Origin: Patescibacteria group bacterium
GTDB lineage: Bacteria > Patescibacteriota > Dojkabacteria > GCA-002793355
DNA: 64,000 nucleotides
Assembly: GCA_016860985.1 (NCBI GenBank)
Contig: BOKM01000001.1
Span: forward strand, 463,462 to 527,461
Direction: 5' to 3'
Numbering within the stretch: position 1 is the first letter of the stretch; every line of letters begins with the position of its first letter. Shown one piece after another: positions 62,435 through 64,000 of the stretch. Both the position numbers and the translations under genes were made by a program. The notes beneath the pieces are model-generated. The model did no database searches. It was not told the DNA's origin and worked only from the letters and a program-made list of their open reading frames with translations.

Positions 62435-64000
62435 TTATGACTCATCAAAAGCATCGACTTCATCAATACTTGTAACGAGGACCTCTCGTGGTTTACTCCC
62501 ATTTGGACCACCCACGACTCCAATTTTTTCCATTAAGTCGATATAACGCGCAGCTCGATTAAAACCAATCTGCAAAAAACGCTGAATAGTTGAAGCAGAA
62601 CCTTTTTGTTGCTGAATTACGAGCTCAACCGCTCTTCTGAATAAAGGGTCGCTCTTTATCTCTGCGCCATAATCTCCGTCGCCTTGGCCACCCGCGCCGC
62701 CGCCTGCAGCATTAAAGTTCTCGATACCAGCGAGATACCATGTCTCTTGCCCTGGATCGAGTAATCTTGCTTGATCACGAATAGCTTTTGTAACCTTATT
62801 TACCTCATCTGTACCTACAAAAGCGCCTTGTAACCTTCGGATTTTTGCGTTATCAGGTGTTTTTACCAACATATCACCCTTTCCAATAAGTGTTTCTGCA
62901 CCTTGTTGGTCAATGATTACACGAGAATCAACCCCTTGTGATACAGCAAGAGAAATTCGTGCGGGAATGTTTGCCTTAATAAGTCCGGTAATAACATTTA
63001 CGCTTGGCCTTTGCGTTGCAAGAATCAAGTGAATTCCGGTCGCACGTGCAAGCTGGGCAAGTCGAACAATCTTGTTTTCTACCTCTTGCTTTTTGGTCAT
63101 CATAAGGTCAGCCATTTCATCTACCACAATAATTATGGTTGGAAGTTTATAACTCGCTTTTTCGTTGAACTCTTCTAGATTTCGCACAACATTATCCTTA
63201 AACAGCTGCAAACGCTTGGTCATTTCTGTAATTGCCCAGTCGAGAGCGTGAACAACGTTGTCCATTTCGTCGATTGCAGGGGTAAGTAAATGCGGGATTC
63301 CATTATATGGCGTCATTTCAACACGCTTTGGGTCAACAAGAATCAAGCGAAGCTCGTCTGGAGTGAACTTCATGAGTAAACCTACCAAAATGGTGTTAAT
63401 TGCTGCAGATTTACCTGTTCCTGTTGCACCCGCTACAAGCACGTGAGGCATACTATAGAGGTCGATAACTACCGATTCATTGCGAATATCGGCACCCAAC
63501 GCCAGTGGAATCTTTTTAGTTTTTCGGGACATTTCGGCAGATTGGATAATTTCGCTAGCTCGAACCATTCTGCCTTTTGTCTTTGGAACTTCAATACCAA
63601 CATACGATGTGTTTGCGATAGATTCAATACGAATATAGTCTGCGGACGCAGATTCTAAGGCAACACCAATATCTCTTGCTAAGCCCTTAACTTTCGAAAG
63701 TCTTGTTCCGGTGGCAAGATTTAACGCGTACTGAACAACCGAAGGACCAGGAAAGACTTTAACAACCCTTGCCTGTATATTGAAACTCGCAAGTGTTTGC
63801 TCGATTTTTTTACTCTTTTCAATCAAATCCGCCTTATCATCAGTACCCGCAACTGGTGGTTCTAAAAGGGAGAGTGGAGGGAGAGCCCAGTTTTCAAAAC
63901 GAGTTGGATACTTCGAGCGAAATTCTTGTTCCAAGTCAGATACCTGAACATTTCCTTCTTCGCCACTTTCAGGGTTACCTTGTAAATCTTTACCATAAGA
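62435..64000 (-). CDS. ftsK: DNA translocase FtsK/SpoIIIE, C-terminal motor and gamma domain; N-terminus lies outside the window
   Basis: 'LVAGATGTGKSA' (Walker A), 'IIVVDEMADLM', 'ATQRPSV' and a gamma winged helix 'ASTIQRFLQIGFNRAARYIDLME'. The frame stays open upstream of 63934 to the window end. Confidence 0.92.
   Translation of the reverse strand, partial: SYGKDLQGNPESGEEGNVQVSDLEQEFRSKYPTRFENWALPPLSLLEPPVAGTDDKADLIEKSKKIEQTLASFNIQARVVKVFPGPSVVQYALNLATGTRLSKVKGLARDIGVALESASADYIRIESIANTSYVGIEVPKTKGRMVRASEIIQSAEMSRKTKKIPLALGADIRNESVVIDLYSMPHVLVAGATGTGKSAAINTILVGLLMKFTPDELRLILVDPKRVEMTPYNGIPHLLTPAIDEMDNVVHALDWAITEMTKRLQLFKDNVVRNLEEFNEKASYKLPTIIIVVDEMADLMMTKKQEVENKIVRLAQLARATGIHLILATQRPSVNVITGLIKANIPARISLAVSQGVDSRVIIDQQGAETLIGKGDMLVKTPDNAKIRRLQGAFVGTDEVNKVTKAIRDQARLLDPGQETWYLAGIENFNAAGGGAGGQGDGDYGAEIKSDPLFRRAVELVIQQQKGSASTIQRFLQIGFNRAARYIDLMEKIGVVGGPNGSKPREVLVTSIDEVDAFDES

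Noticed and set aside
1-64000. Alternative genetic code (UGA recoding, as in some CPR lineages)
   Set aside because: Conserved proteins (UvrA, UvrB, IleRS, MurJ and others) are full length under the standard code, and several genes terminate cleanly at TGA. There is no sign of in-frame TGA readthrough.

Overview
This is a compact, almost fully coding, moderately AT-rich bacterial segment that uses the standard code (conserved genes are full length and several end in TGA). I infer a reduced-genome CPR/Patescibacteria-like organism, possibly Microgenomates-like. The grounds are the DUF4012 and PEGA proteins, Thr/Pro-linker surface proteins, archaeal-type TyrRS and AspRS, an ATP-dependent DNA ligase, and very short 5' leaders. 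Housekeeping content includes murF'-ddl-murD-murC, murJ, uppS, rodZ-like, ftsK', uvrA/uvrB/uvrC, nth, ksgA, trmB, sufS-like, tyrS, aspS, ileS, and a one-piece tmRNA (10294-10699, minus). No CRISPR array, rRNA, tRNA, transposase or integrase was seen. The best candidate for something undescribed is a tightly overlapping five-gene operon (20763-25534), divergent from a YhhQ-type 7-deazaguanine transporter. It encodes a minimal TGT/DpdA-like protein, a TMPK-like/transglutaminase-like/TPR protein, an MTH1-type Nudix, an orphan QueC-like enzyme and a GT2. This gene set matches none of the queuosine, archaeosine, Dpd or deazapurine-antibiotic clusters I know. Other notable items:
- a translational-type T-box leader upstream of ileS
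- an AspRS fused to a YbaK-like editing domain
- a TyrRS with a ~90-aa insertion before KMSKS
- -10 boxes 5-9 nt upstream of about 20 start codons, which suggests leaderless mRNAs
- an HhH-less UvrC
- a surface protein with three 8-Cys modules
- two UbiA-family genes next to a PAP2 phosphatase gene
All homology calls come from reading motifs by eye. No searches were run.
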